In this document: piece by piece, positions 1 to 9,091 of the stretch
Numbering within the stretch: the first letter of the stretch is position 1
Layout of the letters: each line of letters opens with the position of its first letter
From: an uncultured Blautia sp.
GTDB taxonomy: Bacteria; Bacillota; Clostridia; Lachnospirales; Lachnospiraceae
Length of the DNA stretch: 64,000 bases
Direction: 5' to 3'
Assembly (NCBI GenBank): GCA_900553515.1
Contig: USDN01000009.1
Span: forward strand, 123-64,122
Position numbers and translations under genes: made by a program
The notes under the pieces: generated by a model
What the model saw: the letters and a program-made list of their open reading frames with translations, nothing else
Database searches by the model: none
Told to the model about the DNA's origin: nothing

Positions 1-1085
1 ACGGATTTACCGTTGGATTCCATATCAAGCTGCTGCAGATGTGCCGGGAAACGGCTCAGTGCCTGAGAGTACGGAAGCACTGCAGTTGCCTGATATCCAA
101 GTACGTTGCGCTCGTATACACCGATCAGAGCATCCAGCATATCCGGATTCTCACGAAGATCTGTATTCATGGCAAGCTTGTCTTCCTCTGCTGCCCCTTC
201 CAGGAACTGTGCAAATACTTCCGGTCCAAATGCCAGAGATAATACTGCGCCTCCAACTGCGGATGTGGAAGAAAAACGTCCTCCGATATAATCATCCATA
301 AAGAAAGCTGCCAGATAGTCGTCGCTCTTTGCCAGAGGAGAAGTCTCGCTGGTAACTGCGATCATATGTCTGGATGCATCCAGACCAGCATTCTTCAGTG
401 CGTCTTTCACAAAGGACTCGTTAGTAAGAGTCTCCAGAGTAGTTCCTGATTTGGAAACAAGTACAAAAATAGAATGTGCAACGTCAATAGAATTCAGTAC
501 TGCTGCCGCATCATCCGGATCTACGTTGCTGATAAATTTTGCTTCCATTTTAAATGTATTGTTTTTCTTAGCCCAGTTTTCCAATGCAAGATACATTGCC
601 CGAGGACCAAGATCACTTCCGCCGATACCGATCTGAACAACAGTTGTAAATTTCTCTCCTGCGGCATTTGTGATCTCTCCCGCATGAACCTTATTGGCAA
701 ATTCTGCAATCTTATCCTGCTGTTCCACATAAAAAGCCCGCTTATCTACACCATCAGCAACAACTGCATCGCCCAGCTGTCCGCGGGTAAGCTGATGAAG
801 GACAAGACGTTTCTCACCTGTATTAATGACCTCACCATTATACAGGGCTTTGTATTTCTCTGTAAGCTGTGCTTCCTCTGCAAGCTTCTCAAGAGCTGAC
901 AGAACATTTTCATCTACCTGCTTGGCAGCATAATTATAAGCCATGCCTGCTGCCATAGGAACACTGTATTTTTTTACACGCTCTGCTCCATTTGCACCTG
1001 TCATTGCTTCTGCAAGGTTCACACGCTCTACGTCAGCAATCTCTTTATAGGAAGCAAGACTGTCAAAATTTTTCCAATTAATCAT
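1..1085 (-). CDS. pgi: Glucose-6-phosphate isomerase (runs off the window edge; missing from ORF track)
   Basis: Manual translation from ATG 1085 (RBS AGGAG): MINWKNFDS...IGIGGSDLGP...VSKSGTTLET...IGGRFS...LQQLDMESNGK, all canonical PGI motifs. Confidence 0.95.
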   Translation of the reverse strand, partial: MINWKNFDSLASYKEIADVERVNLAEAMTGANGAERVKKYSVPMAAGMAYNYAAKQVDENVLSALEKLAEEAQLTEKYKALYNGEVINTGEKRLVLHQLTRGQLGDAVVADGVDKRAFYVEQQDKIAEFANKVHAGEITNAAGEKFTTVVQIGIGGSDLGPRAMYLALENWAKKNNTFKMEAKFISNVDPDDAAAVLNSIDVAHSIFVLVSKSGTTLETLTNESFVKDALKNAGLDASRHMIAVTSETSPLAKSDDYLAAFFMDDYIGGRFSSTSAVGGAVLSLAFGPEVFAQFLEGAAEEDKLAMNTDLRENPDMLDALIGVYERNVLGYQATAVLPYSQALSRFPAHLQQLDMESNGKS

Positions 1086-1233
1086 AATGGTTTCTCTCCT
1101 TCAACTGTTTATTGGCTACTGTTTATTTTATTCACAGCGTCCTGATTCAACACTACCTCTATTTTACATCAAAAGCAGACGAAATGAAACGGGTAATTTA
1201 TTTTTTTAACGATTATCTTATCCCGTGGAAAAA

Positions 1234-1974
1234 TCACAGGATAAAGACAAATTTCTTCTCATCAGACAGCATTCCTTCAAAGGAAAATCCCAGTTCATGA
1301 AAAGCCTTGATCTCCTCTGGCTTCTGAATGTTATTTTCTGCCATGAAACGGACCATCTCGCCTCTTGCCATTTTTGCCAGAGTTGCCTTCTGCTTTACTT
1401 TTCCGTCCTTCCACTCTCCGAATTCCACTGTGATAAAACGATCCTCCGGCGTCAGATATTTTTCTACCGCCTTTGCATATTCTTTGGATGCAAGATTCAG
1501 GATTAGATGATCTCCGTCAGTCAGCTCTCTGTACAGCCGTTCTCCCCAGAAATCATAAAGGTCTTTTTTTCCCTGTACGGACAGCTTTGCCTGCATTTCC
1601 AGACGGTAGGGCGTCACACCGTCAAACGGCTTCAGAACTCCATAGAACCCCGAAAGGATTCGTAGATTTTTTTGAATATATGTAAGCGCTCCCTCTGAAA
1701 AAACCTCAGGAGCCATATGCTGGTACTGAAGACCTTCATAAGTCAGAACTGCCGGCGTAAGATTTCTCTCCAGATCCATTTCCTGAAAACGAAAATAATT
1801 CAGTTCTGCCAGCTTGTCATTGCATTTCCATAATGACTGAGCATCGGAAAAGCCAAGCTTTTGGATCTCTTTCATAAGAATTTTCGTATCCTCCAGAAAT
1901 ACCGGAAGTCCTTCCACCCTATAGGTATCAGTATCCACATTCATTTTTTTTGCAGGTGATATGATAATTTTCAT
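1234..1974 (-). CDS. yaaA: Peroxide stress protein YaaA (UPF0246)
   Basis: MKIIISPAK N-terminus, ILSGFYGVLKP, PYRLEM, NLASKEY, KMARGEM. Confidence 0.92.
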   Translation of the reverse strand: MKIIISPAKKMNVDTDTYRVEGLPVFLEDTKILMKEIQKLGFSDAQSLWKCNDKLAELNYFRFQEMDLERNLTPAVLTYEGLQYQHMAPEVFSEGALTYIQKNLRILSGFYGVLKPFDGVTPYRLEMQAKLSVQGKKDLYDFWGERLYRELTDGDHLILNLASKEYAKAVEKYLTPEDRFITVEFGEWKDGKVKQKATLAKMARGEMVRFMAENNIQKPEEIKAFHELGFSFEGMLSDEKKFVFIL

Positions 1975-2430
1975 TTAAGAAAGCTCTCCCAGCATCTGTG
2001 CCGGATTTTCTGCAGCCTTTACCTTTCCAAAAGCCTTAACGATCACACCTTCTTCATCAATAAGGTAGGTGGTACGTACGACGCCCATGGTTTTTTTGCC
2101 GTACATATTCTTTTCTTTCCACACATCATATGCCTGTATGCAGGTAAGCTCTGTATCAGAAAGAAGTGTAAACGGCAGATTATATTTTTCCTCAAATTTT
2201 TTATGGGAAGCTACGCTGTCCTTGCTGACTCCCAGTACAACCGCTCCCTTTTCTGTAAACTGAGGATAAAGTTCTCCAAATCCACAGGCCTGCTTACTGC
2301 ATCCCGGTGTATTGTCTCTGGGATAAAAATATAAGATAACTTTTTTTCCTCTGTATTCTTCCAGTGTATGCATGTCACCGTTCTGATCCGGAAGCGCAAA
2401 ATCCGGCGCCTTTGTTCCAATCTCCAACAT
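1975..2430 (-). CDS. bcp: BCP-type peroxiredoxin
   Basis: YFYPRDNTPGC peroxidatic motif, GVSKD, VRTTYLID. Confidence 0.92.
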   Translation of the reverse strand: MLEIGTKAPDFALPDQNGDMHTLEEYRGKKVILYFYPRDNTPGCSKQACGFGELYPQFTEKGAVVLGVSKDSVASHKKFEEKYNLPFTLLSDTELTCIQAYDVWKEKNMYGKKTMGVVRTTYLIDEEGVIVKAFGKVKAAENPAQMLGELS

Positions 2431-2490
2431 TGCAGTTTCCTCCTTGGATTATAATTTATATCCTATTGTACCGCCATCCTCCTTTTATGG

Positions 2491-2925
2491 TCAAGGGGCG
2501 GTATCCATAAATACGATTTCCCACAGATCCTCAAAAGGAATTTCGGTTTCATCTGCAAGGACCAGCCTGTGACGGAACTCATCCAGTTTTTTTACAGTTC
2601 CGCTTACCGTCACATATGCGCCGCCATCCTTGCGGGGATCCGGGCGAAAAAAGCAGACGGAAACCTCCGGCTGCTCACTGATATGCTTTTTGATAAATTC
2701 CAGACGCCGGTTCAGAATATCCAAAGTCTCCTCATCCGGCTGAATCCTGCGTTCTGTCAGCCTTGCCGTTTCCTTTACCGCCTCTCCGTAGCCTGTCAGA
2801 GCGGCAAACGGTGCAAACTGAGCTGCCCGGTCCAGAACAGGCATCTGCGGCCTCTTATCTGACACATGATGAGGCAGATGGATAATATCATCATATTTAT
2901 GACTTTCTCCAAAATAATTCTTCAT
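2491..2925 (-). CDS. YolD-like accessory protein of a mutagenesis cassette
   Basis: YDDIIHLPHHVS...RAAQFAPFAALTGY; directly downstream of Y-family polymerase. Confidence 0.8.
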   Translation of the reverse strand: MKNYFGESHKYDDIIHLPHHVSDKRPQMPVLDRAAQFAPFAALTGYGEAVKETARLTERRIQPDEETLDILNRRLEFIKKHISEQPEVSVCFFRPDPRKDGGAYVTVSGTVKKLDEFRHRLVLADETEIPFEDLWEIVFMDTAP

Positions 2926-2927
2926 CT

Positions 2928-4466
2928 TTATGCTTTATGCCCTCCAATCCTGGAATTACGGTCTTTCGCTGTAGCGCCTTCCTGCAGATTCATCCCTTTT
3001 AATATAGCATTCTTTCCAAATTTTTTCTTGATATCCAGCATCGCCTGCTGCATCTTACGTTCTCTCTCCAGAAGCTCCTTTTCTTTTTGTCTCTGCTTTT
3101 CCAGAGCTTCATAGTCCGTAAAAAGATCCAGCTGCTCAAAGCTTTCCTTTTGTTTTACTGCGTTTTCCGGCACTACCTTATTGGCCGCCAGATACATCCG
3201 GCGGATCAGGAGTTTTTTGTCCATGATCCGGTCATAAAGCCCCATCACTGCGTCGGTGATCTTCTTGGTGGAAGAGGTCTGACTGTCCAGATTAACCGTT
3301 CCGTGGGCATGTCTGGGGATTTTTCTGCCATAGCGGTCTACCTTTATCTCACCCTTATAATCTTTTTTCCGACTGTCATCTGTCAGATTTTCGATATCAT
3401 ACCCTACTGTCAGTGTCAGCTGATCTGTAACCAGACGCTTATCCACCAGATCAAGAACAAGAAGATCCGTCATTTCCCGGATTACCAGACGCGCCTGCTC
3501 AAAGGTATAGGGGCATGGCAGCACCTGTCCTGATCCGATGCTGTTGGTGGACGGTTTATATTTCTTGATATCTGCGATCGTACAGGGTTCCCAGCCCCAT
3601 GCATGATCGATCAGAAGCTCTGCATTAATCCCAAAAAGCTCATAAAGAAGATCTTCATTATAAAAATCTCCCGGGCCGCCCAGGGAGCATCTGGCAATAT
3701 CTCCCATGGTAAACATACCATTGGCTTTCAGTTTTTTCTCATAACCCTTTCCCACACGCCAGAAATCCGTCAGGGGCTGGTGATCCCACAAAAGTCTCCG
3801 GTAGGACATTTCATCAAGCTCTGCGATCCGCACTCCATACTCATCCGGTTGGATATGCTTTGCCACAATATCCATGGCAATCTTACAAAGATAAAGATTT
3901 GTGCCTATCCCTGCCGTTGCCGTGATCCCCGTTGTCTGCAAAACATCACGGATCATCTTCATGGCAAGCTCCCGGGCGGTAAGGCCGTAGCTTTTCAGAT
4001 AATGTGTGGCATCAATAAAAACCTCGTCGATGGAATAAATATGGATATCCTCCATTGCAATATATTTCAGGTAAATGTCTACGATCCGGGTACTGTATTC
4101 CATATAAAAAGCCATCCGGGGCGGAGCGGCAATATAACTGACCTCCAGCTCCGGATAACGCTCCAGATCCTCTGCCATATAAGAAGAACCGGAAAATTCT
4201 CCTCCCGGAGCAAGCTTTTTCCTTCTGGCATTGACTTCCTTCACCTTCTGTACCACCTCAAAAAGTCGGGGGCGGCCCGGAATGCCATATGCCTTCATGG
4301 ATGGAGATACTGCCAGACAGATAGTTTTTTCCGTACGGCTGGCATCTGCCACCACAAGATTTGTTTTCATGGGATCCAGTCCTCTCTCCCGGCATTCCAC
4401 AGACGCGTAAAAGGACTTCAGATCAATGGCTATATATACATGATTTTCGCTAATATCACTCATCAC
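2928..4466 (-). CDS. Y-family translesion DNA polymerase (UmuC/ImpB-like)
   Basis: IDLKSFYASVE, YSIDEVFID, GIGTNLYLCK, C-terminal KKFGKNAI...IGGHKA. Confidence 0.92.
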   Translation of the reverse strand: MMSDISENHVYIAIDLKSFYASVECRERGLDPMKTNLVVADASRTEKTICLAVSPSMKAYGIPGRPRLFEVVQKVKEVNARRKKLAPGGEFSGSSYMAEDLERYPELEVSYIAAPPRMAFYMEYSTRIVDIYLKYIAMEDIHIYSIDEVFIDATHYLKSYGLTARELAMKMIRDVLQTTGITATAGIGTNLYLCKIAMDIVAKHIQPDEYGVRIAELDEMSYRRLLWDHQPLTDFWRVGKGYEKKLKANGMFTMGDIARCSLGGPGDFYNEDLLYELFGINAELLIDHAWGWEPCTIADIKKYKPSTNSIGSGQVLPCPYTFEQARLVIREMTDLLVLDLVDKRLVTDQLTLTVGYDIENLTDDSRKKDYKGEIKVDRYGRKIPRHAHGTVNLDSQTSSTKKITDAVMGLYDRIMDKKLLIRRMYLAANKVVPENAVKQKESFEQLDLFTDYEALEKQRQKEKELLERERKMQQAMLDIKKKFGKNAILKGMNLQEGATAKDRNSRIGGHKA

Positions 4467-6024
4467 CTTTTTTCAGGATATATTCAGTATTTCTGTAAGC
4501 ACCCTGTTTTGATAAAATATTTCGGTCTGCCATTTCTTTTAAAATGGCTCTTGCTCTTCTTTGTTTTACACCTAATAATTCTCCCGCTTTTCCGGACGTA
4601 ATTTTATCATATTCATAAAGATAAGCCATAAGAATTTTTTCCCGATCCGTCCGTATTTCTTTCTCTATCAATATTGATGATTTTCCGTTTTTATCCGGAA
4701 TCAAAAAATCTTTATAAACAGTTTTATCGGCACTCTCTGCCATTTTATCGGCACTCTCTGCCACTTTATCGGCACTCTCTGCCACTTTATCGGCACTCTC
4801 TGCCACTTTATCGGCATTTCTTTGCTTTGCGGCAATATCAAACGAATAAGCTTCATCCAGGGGAACAATTATCCGGAATACATCGCCTTCTTTAAACTCC
4901 GGCTGTTTTCCTGAATACAGAGTTGAATATTTAAACAAATTTCTTACTCCTGAGCCAAGCTGTTCTGCATATCCTATATTTCGGAAGAAAGCGGCAATTA
5001 AAGGATTTTTCGGATTCGGTTCCAGATTATCTACTGTAATATATCCAGCCTTAACAGCTCTGTTCGCATTTTCTACATACATACAGTCCTTTTCAATAAC
5101 AAATTTTGCTGTATAAGTGCTGGAATATTCCCGATGCATCAGTGTATTTGCAGACGCTTCACGGATAATAATATTCCTGAGACTTATATTAACCGTATCT
5201 TCAAGAAAAAATTTATCCGGAAGATGCTTTTTTCCAAATTCCAGTAATCGTTCATAACTCTCTATCAGATTCGTTTTAATAATTTCTCTGTCATCGTAAC
5301 GGTCTTTATTCACTTTACGGACAATTGCATCTGTCACATAAGCCGGAGATACATTTAATATCACATCATCCTTTCCCAATAACATAATTGCCGCAAGATT
5401 AAACCCTTCTTCTCCCGTTACCATATCACGTCCATATAGTCCGGCACTTTTCAGCAATTCCATATCACTCATTGATACCCATTGATGATTACCGCCCGCA
5501 TGATTTTTTGCCATCAAACGTATTTTCGGAAGCAGATCAAGCCTTAAATCTGTCAGATTTGCATACGGGAAAATTTTCTTTTCAGTGAAAACATTCTGTT
5601 TACGGATATACATCTGCGCTATTGCACCTGTGGCTGTTACTTTCACATCAGCATCGTCCACTCTGTCATAAATAATCTTTTTATAGCTATGCACCTCGGC
5701 GCTTGGCGGAACATGAACATGGATAATCGTATTCCCCGCCTCATCCTGCAATATTTCCGGCGACAAATACACTGTCGGAGAAAACATCGACGGATTTCCA
5801 ATCACACTGATAAAATTTTTTATCATATCCTGAGCTGCATTTTGCGGGATACCGCAAACAGTTCCGTCATCCAGTACCCCCAGAAAAATATCTCCACCAA
5901 ACCGGTTAAGAAAAGAACAGACACTTTCATATGTATCTGATTCAATTCCATTTCCACATCGTTTAAATTCTACTGCAATAGTCTCTCCTATTTCCAGAAC
6001 AGATTTCAGGGTTTTCAGATCCAT
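4456..6024 (-). CDS. AlbA/Schlafen-domain protein with ATP-binding (HATPase_c_4-like) domain and C-terminal wHTH
   Basis: GETIAVEFK...SFLNRFGGDIFLGVLD (AlbA_2), REASANTLMHREY, NPLIA...EQLGSGV. Confidence 0.8.
   Translation of the reverse strand: MDLKTLKSVLEIGETIAVEFKRCGNGIESDTYESVCSFLNRFGGDIFLGVLDDGTVCGIPQNAAQDMIKNFISVIGNPSMFSPTVYLSPEILQDEAGNTIIHVHVPPSAEVHSYKKIIYDRVDDADVKVTATGAIAQMYIRKQNVFTEKKIFPYANLTDLRLDLLPKIRLMAKNHAGGNHQWVSMSDMELLKSAGLYGRDMVTGEEGFNLAAIMLLGKDDVILNVSPAYVTDAIVRKVNKDRYDDREIIKTNLIESYERLLEFGKKHLPDKFFLEDTVNISLRNIIIREASANTLMHREYSSTYTAKFVIEKDCMYVENANRAVKAGYITVDNLEPNPKNPLIAAFFRNIGYAEQLGSGVRNLFKYSTLYSGKQPEFKEGDVFRIIVPLDEAYSFDIAAKQRNADKVAESADKVAESADKVAESADKMAESADKTVYKDFLIPDKNGKSSILIEKEIRTDREKILMAYLYEYDKITSGKAGELLGVKQRRARAILKEMADRNILSKQGAYRNTEYILKKGDE
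4723..4816. repeat. 21-bp coding tandem repeat, about 4.5 copies (ADKVAES)
   Basis: Unit TTTATCGGCACTCTCTGCCA[T/C] at 4723, 4744, 4765, 4786, partial copy at 4807. Confidence 0.95.
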
Positions 6025-6048
6025 ATTTTCCTCCTGTCCAAAATCTCC

Positions 6049-6873
6049 TTATGCGTTCAGCAGAAAACGTTCAATGATCTCCGCAACTCCGTCATGGTTG
6101 TTATCCCGTTCAGTCACATAGTTCCCATGCTCCGCTACGCCTTCGTAAGCATTACACATAACTGCGCCCACATGAGCAGCCTGGATCATTTCCACATCAT
6201 TTGGTGCATCCCCGGCAGCCACAGAATTTTCCAACGGGATACCCAGATAATCACACATCCATTTTACTGCAAATCCTTTTGACACACCTTCTGGTGCGAT
6301 CTCCAGATAATACTCTGTAGAAAAGAAGCTTCGCACCGTTCCCTTCAGCGGATCCACACATTCTCTCTGGTATTTTTCCAGTTCCGGGCGGTTGTCCAGT
6401 CCCACCAGAAGAATCTTGTATGGATCAAAGGGAAATGCCGCATCCACATCCGGTACGATTTCATAAGGTACCGTAGATCTGTCTATATAATAATGCAGCT
6501 CCGGACGATCCTCCATTGAGAGTACACTGGTATCCGAATAGGACTGCACGTGAAGTCCACGATCCAGCGCCATTTGAAACAAAGACTTTGCTACTTCTTT
6601 TGATAAAGTTTTACCATAAATAGTTTTTTTATGAAAAGGATCATAAATCTGACCGCCGTTAAACGCGATTACATAGCAGCCTTCTCTGGTAAGCCCGATT
6701 CGTTCTGCAATATGAACACCGCTGGCAAGTGGTCTTCCTGTTGTTACCACAATCTTATGTCCCTGTTCCAACGCCCGGTCAATAGCAGCCTGATTTCCTG
6801 CTGTTACTTCCTTCTGATCGTTCAAAAGCGTACCATCCAGATCTGTAAATAAAATTTTTGTGTGTTTTTCCAT
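6049..6873 (-). CDS. Cof-type HAD-IIB hydrolase
   Basis: DLDGTLL, TTGR, SKG, GDAPND motifs. Confidence 0.92.
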   Translation of the reverse strand: MEKHTKILFTDLDGTLLNDQKEVTAGNQAAIDRALEQGHKIVVTTGRPLASGVHIAERIGLTREGCYVIAFNGGQIYDPFHKKTIYGKTLSKEVAKSLFQMALDRGLHVQSYSDTSVLSMEDRPELHYYIDRSTVPYEIVPDVDAAFPFDPYKILLVGLDNRPELEKYQRECVDPLKGTVRSFFSTEYYLEIAPEGVSKGFAVKWMCDYLGIPLENSVAAGDAPNDVEMIQAAHVGAVMCNAYEGVAEHGNYVTERDNNHDGVAEIIERFLLNA

Positions 6874-6875
6874 AG

Positions 6876-7895
6876 TTATCCCTCCTCAAATACAAAGCCG
6901 TATGCCGGATCCTTTCGGAAGCTCTCGGATAAAGTGGTCTTCATCTGTTCTGCAAATTCCGGACTCAGCTCCTTAAATTCCATATGTTCATACAGCGCCG
7001 AATCTCTGTATGCATCCAGTTCCTCTACGGCATCTGTTAATTTTTTCATACAATCTCTGACTTTTTCTCTGTCTTTTTCCATAAGGGAAATCTGCATCTG
7101 CGCAGAGATCCTGTGATATTCCCCGGTTTCAAAAAGCTCTGCAAGTCCTGTCATTTTTTCGGTGATCATTCTGGCTTTCTGAAGGTCTCCCTCCTTTTCT
7201 GCCAGCATAAATATACCGCCCAGAGCCATTTCCGCTACGTTATTTGTCTGAAAAAGCAGCTCTTCATATTCTTTAAAGGCACTGTTTCGATCTCCCTTTA
7301 TTTCACAGAGCTGTGCCTTATGAATCTTTTTCACCGGGTCCATCCGGGAAAAATATTTCAGACAGGCTTCTGCCTTCTCATAATCCTCATTACGGTAATA
7401 ATAACCGAACAGAGCGTCAGCCGCCCGTTCCCGGATTTCTGAATCCTCACTTTCTAACGCCTGCTTATACCATCCCAGGATCTCCCGGTCGTATTCTTTC
7501 ATTTTTTCCGAATCTGGAATCCCCTTCAGAATCCTCCAGCCGTCCAGCACCATGGCAAGGTGAAGGAGCAGTCTGCTGCAGCCGGGATACTGACAGATCT
7601 TTTTCCTGCAAAAATCAAAGGCTTCCCCAAAACTGACCTTTTGAAATTTTCCGTCCGCTTCCTGAACGATCGCATTAACCTCTTCCTGCGTAAGCTCCTC
7701 CCGAAAAGACAGCAGCGTATCCGGCGTTGTCTCCAGCACCCTTGCAATTGGGGCAAGAAGCGTAATATCCGGCAGAGAAACATTGTTCTCCCATTTATTC
7801 ACCGCCGGAGCAGTAACGCCAAGGCGTCTCGCCATTTCCTCCTGAGTCAGATTTCTGTTTTTTCTGTATGTTCTGATAACTTCACCTATTCTCAT
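6876..7895 (-). CDS. XRE-family HTH regulator with helical (TPR-like) C-terminus
   Basis: LTQEEMARRLGVTAPAVNKWE...PDI; start set at ATG 7895 after AGGAG. Confidence 0.85.
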   Translation of the reverse strand: MRIGEVIRTYRKNRNLTQEEMARRLGVTAPAVNKWENNVSLPDITLLAPIARVLETTPDTLLSFREELTQEEVNAIVQEADGKFQKVSFGEAFDFCRKKICQYPGCSRLLLHLAMVLDGWRILKGIPDSEKMKEYDREILGWYKQALESEDSEIRERAADALFGYYYRNEDYEKAEACLKYFSRMDPVKKIHKAQLCEIKGDRNSAFKEYEELLFQTNNVAEMALGGIFMLAEKEGDLQKARMITEKMTGLAELFETGEYHRISAQMQISLMEKDREKVRDCMKKLTDAVEELDAYRDSALYEHMEFKELSPEFAEQMKTTLSESFRKDPAYGFVFEEG

Positions 7896-8036
7896 AAATG
7901 TTCTCCTTTGCTTTTTTCGCATCGGCCTCTGCTGCTTTTATCATAGCAGAGGGAACATCTTCTCACAACTGAACAAATGTTAAGTAAAAAGCAAAAAAAT
8001 TAACTGCTATTCACAAAAACAGGTACCTATGAACTC

Positions 8037-8969
8037 TCATTCTGCAAAATATGCTTCGATTTTTTCTTTTACAGGATTCTCACCGATGACGATCAGAACT
8101 TCCTGACCTTCACTTATCGGACGGAGAATGACTTTTCCGCGGGCGGCGTTCAGTTCCGTCCACTGTCCCTCCCTGTTTTTGCCAAATCCTTTGATTCGAA
8201 AAACAGAACCGCATTCCGGGTCAGCCATGATCTTTTCCGCCCTGTAAGCCAGTTCTTCTGCCGGAAATACAAGGTTCATAAAGTAAAGGGAAGTAAATTT
8301 CTCTTCTGAAAAATGCTTTTTTTCATAAGATACGGATCGGTGTCCACAATCCAGCAGTCTTGCATAATCCTGATCATCGAATTTTTCCCAGTCTTTTGAA
8401 AGAATCTCTCCCTCAAATGTTCGTCTGCAGCGGACATTTTTCATTGCCTGATCCAGATGCTCTGCCACTGCTCTTTTTTGCTCTTCTGAAACCTCATCGC
8501 ACCTGCTCAATACCACACAGCCTGCGGACGCCGCCTCTGATGCCAGCAGATATTCTGCCTGTTCTGACAAACTTTCTTCCAGTCCCCCGTCTACCACTGC
8601 GATCACATTCCCAATCTCATACCAGCGATCCAGAGGATCCTCATAAAGTGTATCAAAAAACTCATCTACGTCAAAAATCCCGGAAGGCTCCACGATCACC
8701 CTGTCATATCCGCACATTCCCATGGCGATCAGTTTTGTTTTAAATCTTCTTCTGTGTGTCTCCCGGTCGCAGCCTCCTGCGATCATTTCCAGTTCACAGT
8801 TCTCTCCCTCCAGCTCCTTCAAAAGCATCATATCCACATTCACTGCGCCGAAATCATTTTCTATGATTCCGATGTTCTGTCCCTGTTTTAAAAGATAGGA
8901 GGCATACTTTTTTATAAAGGTTGTCTTACCCGCTCCCAGAAAGCCGGTAATCAAGTCAATTTTTATCAT
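8037..8969 (-). CDS. CobW/COG0523-family GTPase (metallochaperone-like)
   Basis: ITGFLGAGKTT, IIENDFG, VEPSG, FRIKGF; start trimmed to ATG 8969. Confidence 0.85.
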   Translation of the reverse strand: MIKIDLITGFLGAGKTTFIKKYASYLLKQGQNIGIIENDFGAVNVDMMLLKELEGENCELEMIAGGCDRETHRRRFKTKLIAMGMCGYDRVIVEPSGIFDVDEFFDTLYEDPLDRWYEIGNVIAVVDGGLEESLSEQAEYLLASEAASAGCVVLSRCDEVSEEQKRAVAEHLDQAMKNVRCRRTFEGEILSKDWEKFDDQDYARLLDCGHRSVSYEKKHFSEEKFTSLYFMNLVFPAEELAYRAEKIMADPECGSVFRIKGFGKNREGQWTELNAARGKVILRPISEGQEVLIVIGENPVKEKIEAYFAE

Positions 8970-9042
8970 AATATCAAATCCCCTGTCATAAGCAAAGCGG
9001 ACAAGTCCGCCCCAAACTCCCTCAATCCTTGAAGAACAAAGG

Positions 9043-9086
9043 AGGGCTGCCAGATTCTCTTTTTCAGTGAATTTCTGACAGCCCTT
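9043..9086 (-). terminator. Stem-loop downstream of secA
   Basis: AGGGCTGCCAGA...TCTGACAGCCCT imperfect inverted repeat just after the secA stop. Confidence 0.55.
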
Positions 9087-9091
9087 CTGTT

